Shown piece after piece: positions 12,999 through 22,316 of a stretch of 64,000 bases of DNA. Position numbers and translations under genes: made by a program. The notes beneath the pieces are model-generated. The model worked only from the letters and a program-made list of their open reading frames with translations. It did no database searches and was not told the DNA's origin. Source of the DNA: Guillardia theta CCMP2712. Taxonomy: Eukaryota > Protista > Cryptophyta. Numbering within the stretch: position 1 is the stretch's first letter; each line of letters begins with the position of its first letter. The stretch covers positions 62,001 through 126,000 of the forward strand of contig NW_005434540.1 of assembly GCF_000315625.1 (NCBI RefSeq), written 5' to 3'.

Positions 12999-13811
12999 AT
13001 GCACACGAGCCTCTCCTACCCCATGCTCCCCGCTCCCCTCCCTCCCTTCTCCCTCTCCTACCCTCCTACTTCCTCCCCTGCTCCCAAAAGATCCTTCACC
13101 GCCTGTAGCCAGTGCCGGCTGCGCAAGACCCGCTGTGACGATCAAACCCCCTGCTCCCGCTGCGTCCGCTCTGCCCGGGCCTTGCCATGCTCACGCTTGT
13201 CAGAGGGCAACGACCAGAGGTCCCAGGGCGATGTGCTGCAGTCAAGCCGTAGGGCGACCAAGGCTTGCCTGGGCTGCCAGATCAAGAAGGTGCGCTGCGG
13301 CGACGCTCGGCCGTGTGCTCGGTGCTACCGGATGGGGGAGGTTTGCTACAGCGAAGGAGGGCTAGGGCACGGAGCGCTGCCTCCAGTCCTGCAGCGGAAG
13401 CGAGAGCAAGTCGTGCAGGCATGCGAGCGATGCCGGAGGTCGCGGCTCAAGTGCGACTCTGCAAGGCCATGCGGTCGATGCGCGAGGAGCCTTCAAGTGT
13501 GCGTAGACTGGCGGGTCAAGCGGCGACGGCGCGGGACGGAGATAGACGGAAGCCCAGAGGGAAGCCCAGATGGGGACAAGGAGACAAGCGGGTACAGCTG
13601 GGAGGAGCTGCTGGGGAACCCGGAGGAGGGTGAGCTACAGCTATGGCCACGGTTGGCAGACGAGACTGCGTCAGAGGAGAGCATTGCAGGAGGCGGATGG
13701 GAAGAGCTGGAATGGGAAGAGGTTGTAGAAGGATCAGGGGCAGGGGGAAGAGGGGGATGCAACGATCAGCTTTCAGCCGAGCTCTATGGAGTCAAAGGAT
13801 TTTTTCTTTGA
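12999..13811 (+). CDS. Triple Zn(II)2Cys6 transcription factor (270 aa), copy 2
   Basis: Identical to 9618-10430 except ST/LP and E/G substitutions. Confidence 0.9.
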   Translation: MHTSLSYPMLPAPLPPFSLSYPPTSSPAPKRSFTACSQCRLRKTRCDDQTPCSRCVRSARALPCSRLSEGNDQRSQGDVLQSSRRATKACLGCQIKKVRCGDARPCARCYRMGEVCYSEGGLGHGALPPVLQRKREQVVQACERCRRSRLKCDSARPCGRCARSLQVCVDWRVKRRRRGTEIDGSPEGSPDGDKETSGYSWEELLGNPEEGELQLWPRLADETASEESIAGGGWEELEWEEVVEGSGAGGRGGCNDQLSAELYGVKGFFL

Positions 13812-13871
13812 ATCAGCAGAGCAATAGCACGCTATTTGAGGTGGTTGGGATTGAAGATAGTGGGAATGTTT

Positions 13872-15940
13872 TTATTTGCATGAAGATGAAAACGACTGCG
13901 ATTTGTGTTGAACATTACTAAGCATTGTCTGGCAATCTTCATTTTGCGCTTCTTCTTTAGTCTGCTCCTTCACCCGCTGCACATTCCGGATCAACAGGAC
14001 CGAAGTCTGTCCACAAGTATAAGAGCTGCCCCGTAGCAGCAAGGCGAGCAACTTCTTCTTACCTAGCAGCAAGGCGAGCAACTCGTGCAGTACCTCCTAT
14101 CTCCTAGAGCAGGGTCAGGCGGATCCAACCCGATGGTGAGACGACGACCTTGCAAGTAGTCGGAAAGACTTGCGACGTGATGTAGGACTTTGACTACCAA
14201 CAACCGTCGCCTATGTTGTCATGGTGATGAGGCTCGAAGCCAGGCCCGACGCGCTGCGAGGCAGGGCCATGGCTTACAACAAGAAGCTTCTTGATAAGCT
14301 AAAGTCATGAGATCAAAACAAGTCGAGGAGAAGCTCTAGGTGAATGGCTGCTTCTGAAAGGAAAGTTGAAGGCTTGACCGTCTCGAGCAGAAAAACAAGT
14401 TCCACCCCCTGCTCTTGCGTACAACTCATCCGTTCTGATTTGCAGTTTCAGCTTTCCATCTAGAATGCTGGCTCCACTTGGCTGTTGTGAGGATTGAATA
14501 AAGCTTTTGAAGCAAGACGAGAAGCAGCTGACGAGAGTCTTGAAGGGTCGAGATTTGTGTGAAAGTTGTGAGTCGACAATGCTTCACCGGACAGCTGCTG
14601 GACATTGATGTCGAAATACTCGTATGAGAAGCTTCCTTCGGTGTTCGGAGGTAGAATCATTTCATTCTATTGTCCGAGGAGCCAAAGGTCTCCTTCATAC
14701 TCTGCAGGCTTGCAACTTCGTCCTGTGCGACTTCCAGCGGCTCTGCTTCAGGAACCTCTTCCTTACTGTGGACATCAATCAGCGCCTTCTCAGTGACTAC
14801 AGCGCTGAGTTGAGGAGCTTTGCATTAGCAATCCGAGTCGATGCGCAAAATTTGACATCACGTTGTCGAGGGGATGGAGCTTGTAGATGGCGTCCCTTGC
14901 GGTGTAGGAGCCGTTGGGCGTGCAGGAGTGACTGTGGAGCTGGAAGACGCTCGGCAGGTAGCGTATCCGCATGCTCGCCGCGCAAGTCCCTGAGGGATCG
15001 GAGGGAGCAGTCCTTGAGGACGGCCAACCATTCGACAGCATCCCTTTCGTTGCGAGCCTTGGTGTCAGGGAGGGCGATCATGTCAGCAGTCTCAACTAGC
15101 CCCGCCCACTGCTTCCTCGGGCATCGTACCTGCTCCTCTGTGTACGTGTACATATCCTCTCTGCTGGTGATCAGGGCTGATCCTGGTAAGAATTCAGCTG
15201 CGCAGGTTGCAGATCGCAACATGAAGACGATACGACGATCGCAAGGAATGCAGAATAGGCGCTTCACCTGCAAGGCCAAATTCCGACTTGGAACGCTGTG
15301 ATGAATCCCTTTGACTTGACTGAGCTTTAACACTTCCGACTGTTGCAGCTTGTTCGACAACTCCGAACAGATAGAGAAAATTCATACCAGATTAAGTGCC
15401 GTCGTGGCACTGACTGTGAGGATTCAGTCCTGTGGCTAAGAGATTCAAGTCAAGGACGTGGAGGCTTATATATCCGGCCTCGCTAGTCATGATCTGACGG
15501 TTGATCTCTTGACAATGGAGGGCCGATCGGAGAAAGCTTAGGGCTTGTGTAGGTGGCGAAAGCAAGATTCTTGGTGAAGAGAAAGGTTTGAAGGCAAAAA
15601 TGTCGGGCTTATGTGTATGTACGACGGGCTTGTAGGCGAGTACGACGGTCGGCGTATACTGCAGCTCGTCATGTCCCGGTCCACGTACTGATTCATAGAG
15701 CATGTTCAATTCTCGAATTGTAGACAAAGCAAGTTCCATGGTCAGGGCTTTGACAGAGGCATGGAAATGAGGCAGACTTGAATGTGCGCAAGTTCCTTTC
15801 AAAGCGATCAAGCAGGGCTGCAGGGGACAAGAGACGCAGGAAACAACAAACAGTAGTCGAAGGCTCGAGCCACTGTGGGAGCGAGAGGTTGCGACGAGGA
15901 CGAAGTTTGCGACTTCCTGTGCATATATCACATCAATCAT
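13872..15940 (-). CDS. Spliced hypothetical gene, copy 2 (ends approximate)
   Basis: Paralogous ORF blocks 15392-15949, 14797-15360 and 14460-14660; ATG at 15940. No known domain recognised. Confidence 0.45.
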
Positions 15941-16341
15941 GTCGGTCAATATTTTTTCAGGGGAAATCGAGCTAAAATAAGAATTTTGCTATAATACTTT
16001 TAGATCACTTTTAAAAAACAGGATGCTACCTTGCTCCGATACTACCCCCCTCGAGCAGACTACCCCACGAAGGCCACGATTCATAACCCCTGCCCTTGAA
16101 GGTCTGCCTTTCAATATGCCGTGACCGTGACAGTGATGTGGAGGTCACGTTACGCTACATGTACGGGTAGAGTTCAGAAAATTTACAGCGAGAATAGAGG
16201 AGGATCAACTTGGGGGCCGCGGGATGGGGCGTCACCCGCACCGCCAGGAGCCGCGATTCCAACGCCTAAACCGGTCAACCCCAAAACATTCCTTACGTAT
16301 CGTATTAAAGACGATGTAGGCCGCGCCACGCAAAGGATAGC

Positions 16342-18042
16342 ATGGTAGTTGTCAACAAGAAACAATTCTATGCAGGCATGCAGCAGCCCACCCACACGCT
16401 GGACAAACCTTACAAGGACCAGTCACACGACAGCGCGCGGAATTACATCACCGGCTATTCCCTCCTCACATACACCAACCGCTCAAAGATCATCAACTCC
16501 GTCATCGCCCTCATAATCTTCTGGCTCAGCTTCGGCGCTTGCTGTGTCACCCTTGGCAGGTCCTACAAGAACAGCAAGATGCCCTCCAATATCATCTCCT
16601 ACTCACTGGAGCCCTGGGACGAGTACAGTTCGCTGGAGAACACACTGAAGGCCTTCACCAACACATCCTCCACCATCAAAGACAACGTCAAGGCCCTCTG
16701 GTACTGGTCGCTGTGTGATCAGTACATCACCACCGGCAGGGTGCCCAAGAGCACCGACAAGATGGCGCTGGAGGTGGTCTCGGCCTCGAACCCGGTCTAC
16801 ATGCCCGGCGGCTGCAACTGCATCGCGCAGGTCGCCCACGCCATGGGGGATGGATGGCTCTACGAATCAGCCACCAACCCAACCAAAGGAGAGGTCAAGG
16901 AGATGCTCAACTTCTGCACCTACGAGGGGAGCATGCCGCAGACCATGAAGGTCAGCAGCAAGCCGTACCGCACCATGTTCTTCATCTACGGCTTCCTCCT
17001 CCTCGCCTCCTCCTCGATCATCATCGCGAACTTCATGCACGACGTCCTCGTCCTGGCACTCAAGGACAGAAGAGAACAGGCGCCGCAAGGGAGCTTGACC
17101 GTCGTCTTTGGCGCCGATACGATCAAGAAGGTTGCAAGCTACCTCAACGTCAAGCTCATCCTCGTGACATTGATGTGCACTATCATATTTCTCGTTATGA
17201 CAATCCTACTGCTGACCACGAGCAAGGGAGCGCCCGACGACGCAAAGCATCCGGCGGACCTGCTCGCCGGCATATTCATCGCCATCGGCAGCGCCATCAT
17301 CCTCCTCTTCGTGACCCCATACGTCTTATACGGCGGGTCCTCCGATAATATCGCACGCATCGTGGAGAGGTTCGCCAGGAATGAGGTGGATGCCGGTATC
17401 AAGTTCATCCGAGAAGAACATGAGATCACCTACAAGAACTCCGACATCCTCAACGCCCAGGGGCAGATCGAGCAGCTCTGGACGGACGTCATCTCCATCC
17501 CGGCGGTGGTGGCCCTTACCGTCGCCGTATGCATCATGAGGCAATGGACGGACTTCGATATCATCATGTTCAACGTCATCCTGGTCTTCCTCCTCCTCAT
17601 CTTCGCCACGGCAAGCAACTGGGTGACCTGCCACTGGACCAGGGTGGCCAGTTTCACGAAAGCATACGCGAAAACCGTCTCCACGACCGACAGCACGAGG
17701 CAAGAAAAGCTAAATACCATCGGGGAGACCCTCAACAGCTTCTACCAGGGCTACAAAAACATCATCACGGTTACCCAGATCTTCATCCTGCTTGCACTGG
17801 TGTTCACGGCCACCCCCAGCAGCGACGTCAACCACTACAACTACCTCGCCATGTACAACTGGATCTACTTTATGGGATTCCTCTTCCTGATCTACATGGC
17901 CCCGGACATCTGGAATGACATGCAGCAGCTGAAGCTCCACAACGTCACCGCCATCAAGCAGCTCATGCTCAACCTCCTCAGCTTCACCGTCTTCATCACC
18001 GTGAGCTACACCGAGTTCTGGAACAAGTCGGTAGTGACCTGA
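16342..18042 (+). CDS. Orphan polytopic membrane protein (566 aa) with a Cys-containing loop after the first TM
   Basis: Intronless ORF with about 8-9 hydrophobic segments; TATTAAAG at 16303. Confidence 0.85.
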   Translation: MVVVNKKQFYAGMQQPTHTLDKPYKDQSHDSARNYITGYSLLTYTNRSKIINSVIALIIFWLSFGACCVTLGRSYKNSKMPSNIISYSLEPWDEYSSLENTLKAFTNTSSTIKDNVKALWYWSLCDQYITTGRVPKSTDKMALEVVSASNPVYMPGGCNCIAQVAHAMGDGWLYESATNPTKGEVKEMLNFCTYEGSMPQTMKVSSKPYRTMFFIYGFLLLASSSIIIANFMHDVLVLALKDRREQAPQGSLTVVFGADTIKKVASYLNVKLILVTLMCTIIFLVMTILLLTTSKGAPDDAKHPADLLAGIFIAIGSAIILLFVTPYVLYGGSSDNIARIVERFARNEVDAGIKFIREEHEITYKNSDILNAQGQIEQLWTDVISIPAVVALTVAVCIMRQWTDFDIIMFNVILVFLLLIFATASNWVTCHWTRVASFTKAYAKTVSTTDSTRQEKLNTIGETLNSFYQGYKNIITVTQIFILLALVFTATPSSDVNHYNYLAMYNWIYFMGFLFLIYMAPDIWNDMQQLKLHNVTAIKQLMLNLLSFTVFITVSYTEFWNKSVVT

Positions 18043-18105
18043 TCGGTATCTTTAACGGGAATGAATGGCATTTAAGAATAGACCCCACGCCCCCCCTCCC
18101 AGAGC

Positions 18106-18897
18106 ATGACAGAGGACAACCTCGTCTATCCATACCCCCGCCCCTACATGTGCTCACACCCTCCCCTGCAGCTCAACCAGGACCCGCTGCTCAGGGATAA
18201 CACGATCGCCCCCATGTCTCTGCAGAAGGCCTACGACATCCTAGACTTCCAGATGTTCATGATGCAGAACCCACACCTCATCACCGACCTCGAGTGGCAC
18301 GAGCTCGGGGCCATCAGCGACAGGATGGAGAGCAGGATCAGGCTCAACGAGAGCAAGGCGTGGAAATTCTGGAAAGACGTCAAGAAGAGGGCGACGGAAG
18401 CCGGGAAGGCGGCGTACGAGAAGGGACGAGCCGCCGCGAATCGGGCAAGGCGGGCATGGGGCAGGCAACCCGCACCCGCCCAGGCCGGCCCCTCCCAGCC
18501 AGTGCATCCCATGCCTCCCCCGGAGCAGATGATCGCCCCCCCTCCTCCCGGGCCCCCACCCGAGGTCCCACAGGAGTACGGCCCGGCACCCCCACCGCCG
18601 GGGTACCTACCGCCGCCACCCAACCAGGAGACATACGGCCCGCGCCCAGATCCGGAGGCGTACATGCCGCAGCAGCCACAAGAGATGCAAGACCCCAACC
18701 ACATCCCACAGCAGCGTGGGCCTCCTCCAGAGTTCATCGTACCCGACGGGGGCGTCCTCCTCATACCAGCCCACCACGCCCCCTACGCCTACCCGCCACC
18801 CCCACCCGGGGCCGTGGAGGGCATCTCCTCACCCTTTCTCACCATCTTCAACCAGAACCCGAGGCACCAAATCCCAAGGCCTGTAACAAGGATATAA
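18106..18897 (+). CDS. Proline-rich orphan protein (263 aa)
   Basis: Intronless ORF with the same codon bias as its neighbours; CATTTAAG at 18069. Confidence 0.75.
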   Translation: MTEDNLVYPYPRPYMCSHPPLQLNQDPLLRDNTIAPMSLQKAYDILDFQMFMMQNPHLITDLEWHELGAISDRMESRIRLNESKAWKFWKDVKKRATEAGKAAYEKGRAAANRARRAWGRQPAPAQAGPSQPVHPMPPPEQMIAPPPPGPPPEVPQEYGPAPPPPGYLPPPPNQETYGPRPDPEAYMPQQPQEMQDPNHIPQQRGPPPEFIVPDGGVLLIPAHHAPYAYPPPPPGAVEGISSPFLTIFNQNPRHQIPRPVTRI

Positions 18898-18933
18898 GCA
18901 CCGCCGTCGGCCCGCGGGGCAGAGGAGCAAGGC

Positions 18934-19305
18934 ATGCAAGCGTATTACCCACCCCAGCCCCAGCCCCAGCCCTACTACTACTACTACGGGGCGCCCTACA
19001 TGCAAGCCCCCGCCCAGCCCGAGCCCGTGCCCATGCAGCCACAACTCGAGAGCGACTGGGACCTCGACGACGACCACGAGGCGATCCACTTCCTCTTCGC
19101 CAACCCCCACGCCGTGGACATGATCGACGGAGACCTGATGGAGGCGATCAAGTCCAAGGCCAAGGAGCTCCACGCAAGGCTGAGCAAGGGGAAGAAGAGG
19201 TCCGCCGGACACCACCCCCCAGCGGCAGCGCACAGGGTCAGCGTCGGAGGCATCATCAACGACCCCAACCGCCTCAGCTCGCAGTTGCTGCAGCGCTATA
19301 GCTAG
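18934..19305 (+). CDS. Small Pro/Gln/Tyr-rich orphan protein (123 aa)
   Basis: TATAAG at 18893; C/G-ending codons. Confidence 0.7.
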   Translation: MQAYYPPQPQPQPYYYYYGAPYMQAPAQPEPVPMQPQLESDWDLDDDHEAIHFLFANPHAVDMIDGDLMEAIKSKAKELHARLSKGKKRSAGHHPPAAAHRVSVGGIINDPNRLSSQLLQRYS

Positions 19306-19330
19306 ATCACCACGTGTATAATATACATAA

Positions 19331-20021
19331 TCAAACAGAGCCGCTATGAATCTTCTCGTACATCAAACCCATGCTCCTCATGAACTTCATCTTGTCCTCC
19401 GTCAGGCTGGGGCACTCCTTGAAGAGGTTCTGCATGATGTGCTCCGCCGTCTCCTCCTCGCTCAGGGAGAACACCGTGAAGCTCGGCCTCGCATCCTCGC
19501 TCGCGGGACCGAGGATGCCGTTGATGATGTCCGACAGGTCCATCACGTCCGACCCCTCCCCCCTGCGGTCGAACCTCAGACGCTTGGCCGAGGGCTTGGT
19601 CGCCATCGCCTTGGACCGCATCACCTATAACCGCCACGAAACCGTCACATGTAAATACACCCAGCCCCCGCCTCACCGTAAACCTCGTAGCGGTCCGCTT
19701 CTTCTCCACCAGCAGCTGAGTGGGGATCCTCAGCTTCACCTGCCCATCGGGGAGGCGCTCGAGGTTCTTGAAGTCCTTCGTCAGCCTCACGTGCCGGAAC
19801 ATCGCCTTCTGGATCCTCAGGCTCAGCGTGTAGTACAGGTCCCCGATCCGGATCGCCGGGAACTGGTCCTTCACACCGCCGTCCACCGGCTGGAACCAGC
19901 TGCAGTAGCACTCCCTCCTCACCAGGTGGTGGATCATGTCCTTGCAGCACGGGCTCCGCTCGTACTCCCACCCCTTCCCCGCCACCACCAGCCGGTTCCT
20001 CACAAGGTCGACCTCCTTCAT
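19331..20021 (-). CDS. Two-exon orphan protein (~212 aa)
   Basis: Exon 20021-19677 (115 codons), a 52-nt phase-0 intron 19676-19625 (GTGAGG...TTATAG), then exon 19624-19331 in frame. NLS-like AKRLRF. Confidence 0.7.
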
Positions 20022-20159
20022 GGCGCCATGCCGAAACCGCCTTCCACACCCCCGCCCCCGGCAGCGATCGAGTCAAAAAAACGAAGCAATCCAACACACC
20101 GTGTATTTAAGACACCCTGCAGCGCGGTCCCATCAAGATAAACCAAGGAAACAGAGCAC

Positions 20160-21157
20160 ATGTGGTTCATCAAAGAAGCGGGCAAGTCGTTCATCAAGGA
20201 GGGCAACCCCAAATACGTAGAGGAATTGAAAAATCGATTCAAGGAGATCCAGAAGACGGTGGATGATATGAAGAAAAAGGAAGTCAAGGACTTGAGCGAA
20301 CACCTGGCGGGAATGAAGCTCGAAGACGCCAAAAACAGGAATACAAGACACCTACGAGACCCAGCAGAGAATTGATCAAGAAGATGAACAACGCAATATA
20401 CACGGCGTCAAACGAAGAACCAGACTCCAACGTTCTATCCGACGACACATCGCGGCCACTGTTTGACTTCAGGAACCCAAGCAGTCAGGAGACCATCGTC
20501 GGCAGGATGATGCTCATGACAGAACACGCCGTCTGGTACCAGCACTCCACCAAGCAGACCACCAGCGACGAGGGTATGCTCAAGCACGACTCCATCAGCA
20601 CCTACAACATGATGGTGGCCCACGCGGTGCTCATGAAGATGTTGAGGGATGAAGAGCCCGATATCGACCCAAGCGAATTCATGTTCGCCGGCTTCGACCC
20701 CTCCCTGGCCTTCCACAGCGGTGCACAGGAGATCTTCAACAACTTCCTAGGTGCGAAGATGAAAAAGCAGCTGACGGCGCAAGACCGCATCCAAAGAATA
20801 AGAGAACATAAACAACAGTTAAAAACACTCAAGGCCAAGATCATACACAGGTACCAGATGACAGAGAAGCGCATAGCAGCCCTCAGAGCCACGATCAACA
20901 TGAAGAGGACATACATGCAAGAAACAACCGACCCCAAGCGCAAGAAGTCACTGGAAGATGCCATCAAGAGGATAGAGCTGCACATCGTTAGATGCGAGGA
21001 AGCGAGAAATATGAAAGGCACACGACCCATCGCCGAGAAGACCAGACTCAAAACCATGGCCGAATTTCTGGCCCAGGCAAGAAAGGGCCACAACCGAAAG
21101 AAAAAGACGGGCAGTAACCAGAACACCAAGGCCAAGGGCAAGAAAACCTCCCGCTGA
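20160..21157 (+). pseudogene. Basic coiled-coil orphan protein split by an apparent 1-nt frameshift
   Basis: ORFs 20160-20375 and 20372-21157. The second frame is open from 20267, and one extra A in the A5 run at 20331-20335 would fuse them. A single promoter GTGTATTTAAGA lies at 20101. Confidence 0.6.
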
Positions 21158-21232
21158 TGACCGCCGAATCGTCGCAACGAGTGTATTTAAGATGCTTACC
21201 CTACACCTGATTAAAGACTCGTGAAGCCCGAC

Positions 21233-22249
21233 ATGTGGTATGTGAACGTAGGCATGAAAGTCATCCAAACCAATGTGTACGAACACTTCTTTGCGGAGAG
21301 AGCAATGACAGCTGATTACGAGATCGTCGAGGGCAGGGACGGGGATGCAGTGATGGGGAATGACACCCATGGAGAGACCATGACCAGATTCAAGAAAGCC
21401 GTCAGAGAAAAGAAAGACAAGAGCGGTCAGTTCATCATCAAGCACAAATTAACTCCGGAAATACACGAAACGGATGTCCATGACACAAACGGGAATGTAG
21501 TGAAAGTTACGAAGACTGTATACCGGGCCATCCCTGGCGAATGGGAGATCATCGACATCTCAGACCAAGGAAAGGAAGTGTGGTTTCTATACAACGAAAG
21601 TGATGAGGACCACAGCATCATCCACCAGCTCGGGTTCCCAGGCAACGCATGGTACCACAACTCGCACTCCTCTTCGAGCTCCATGTACGAGCGCATCTTC
21701 GAGGCCTTCCGCACGATGAGCAACAACCAGCTTGAGATCAACAATATCATCAGTTCGAAAAAGGCGGGCAAGTCCAGTCCGCACGATCAAAAGCTGCTTG
21801 ATGACTTCATTGAAACCAACAAAGCTCTACAGAAAAGGTTAGACCAGAATTTCAAGATCATGCAAGACCTGCATCTCGTCGAGAACCCGGAGAACGTGAG
21901 ATATACCCTGGATAACATCGTCAAACGCAAGATAAAGATATACCACCATGCACCCGACAAGGACGGTAACGGAAACACCATGCAGCAGGACGAAGAAACC
22001 CAAGGACGGAAGGTTGTATACGAAGCACTTCACAACAGGCTCAAGCAAATCCAGGAGCATTTCGACAAGGGAAGAAGCATCCCCCGCGAGATCCACTCCA
22101 AGGCAAGGAAAGAGGAGAAGGCCAAAGAGAAGCAGCAGGCCAGCGCCACGGCCATGGACACGGACAAACCCCAAACTAGGCGTGCGGCCAGCCCACCGCG
22201 CCCGCAGGGACACCGAACACAGGTCCCTAACGATCTACCATACTGGTGA
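21233..22249 (+). CDS. Orphan protein (~338 aa)
   Basis: ATG at 21233 (MWYVNVG..), preceded by GTGTATTTAAGA at 21181. Confidence 0.8.
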   Translation: MWYVNVGMKVIQTNVYEHFFAERAMTADYEIVEGRDGDAVMGNDTHGETMTRFKKAVREKKDKSGQFIIKHKLTPEIHETDVHDTNGNVVKVTKTVYRAIPGEWEIIDISDQGKEVWFLYNESDEDHSIIHQLGFPGNAWYHNSHSSSSSMYERIFEAFRTMSNNQLEINNIISSKKAGKSSPHDQKLLDDFIETNKALQKRLDQNFKIMQDLHLVENPENVRYTLDNIVKRKIKIYHHAPDKDGNGNTMQQDEETQGRKVVYEALHNRLKQIQEHFDKGRSIPREIHSKARKEEKAKEKQQASATAMDTDKPQTRRAASPPRPQGHRTQVPNDLPYW

Positions 22250-22316
22250 TAAATTAAGAAAGGTTTATTTCTAAGGTAAATAAACACTCTATCACACTCA
22301 GACTGCCTGCCGATTC

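Larger units (their letters stand above)
12778..16153. repeat. Direct segmental duplication, copy 2
   Basis: Same unit as 9399-12631, separated from it by a 146-bp unique spacer (12632-12777). Confidence 0.95.

Noticed and set aside
9399-16153. LTR pair of a retrotransposon
   Set aside because: The repeats are 3.3 kb gene-containing units only 146 bp apart, with no gag/pol between them and no TG...CA ends.
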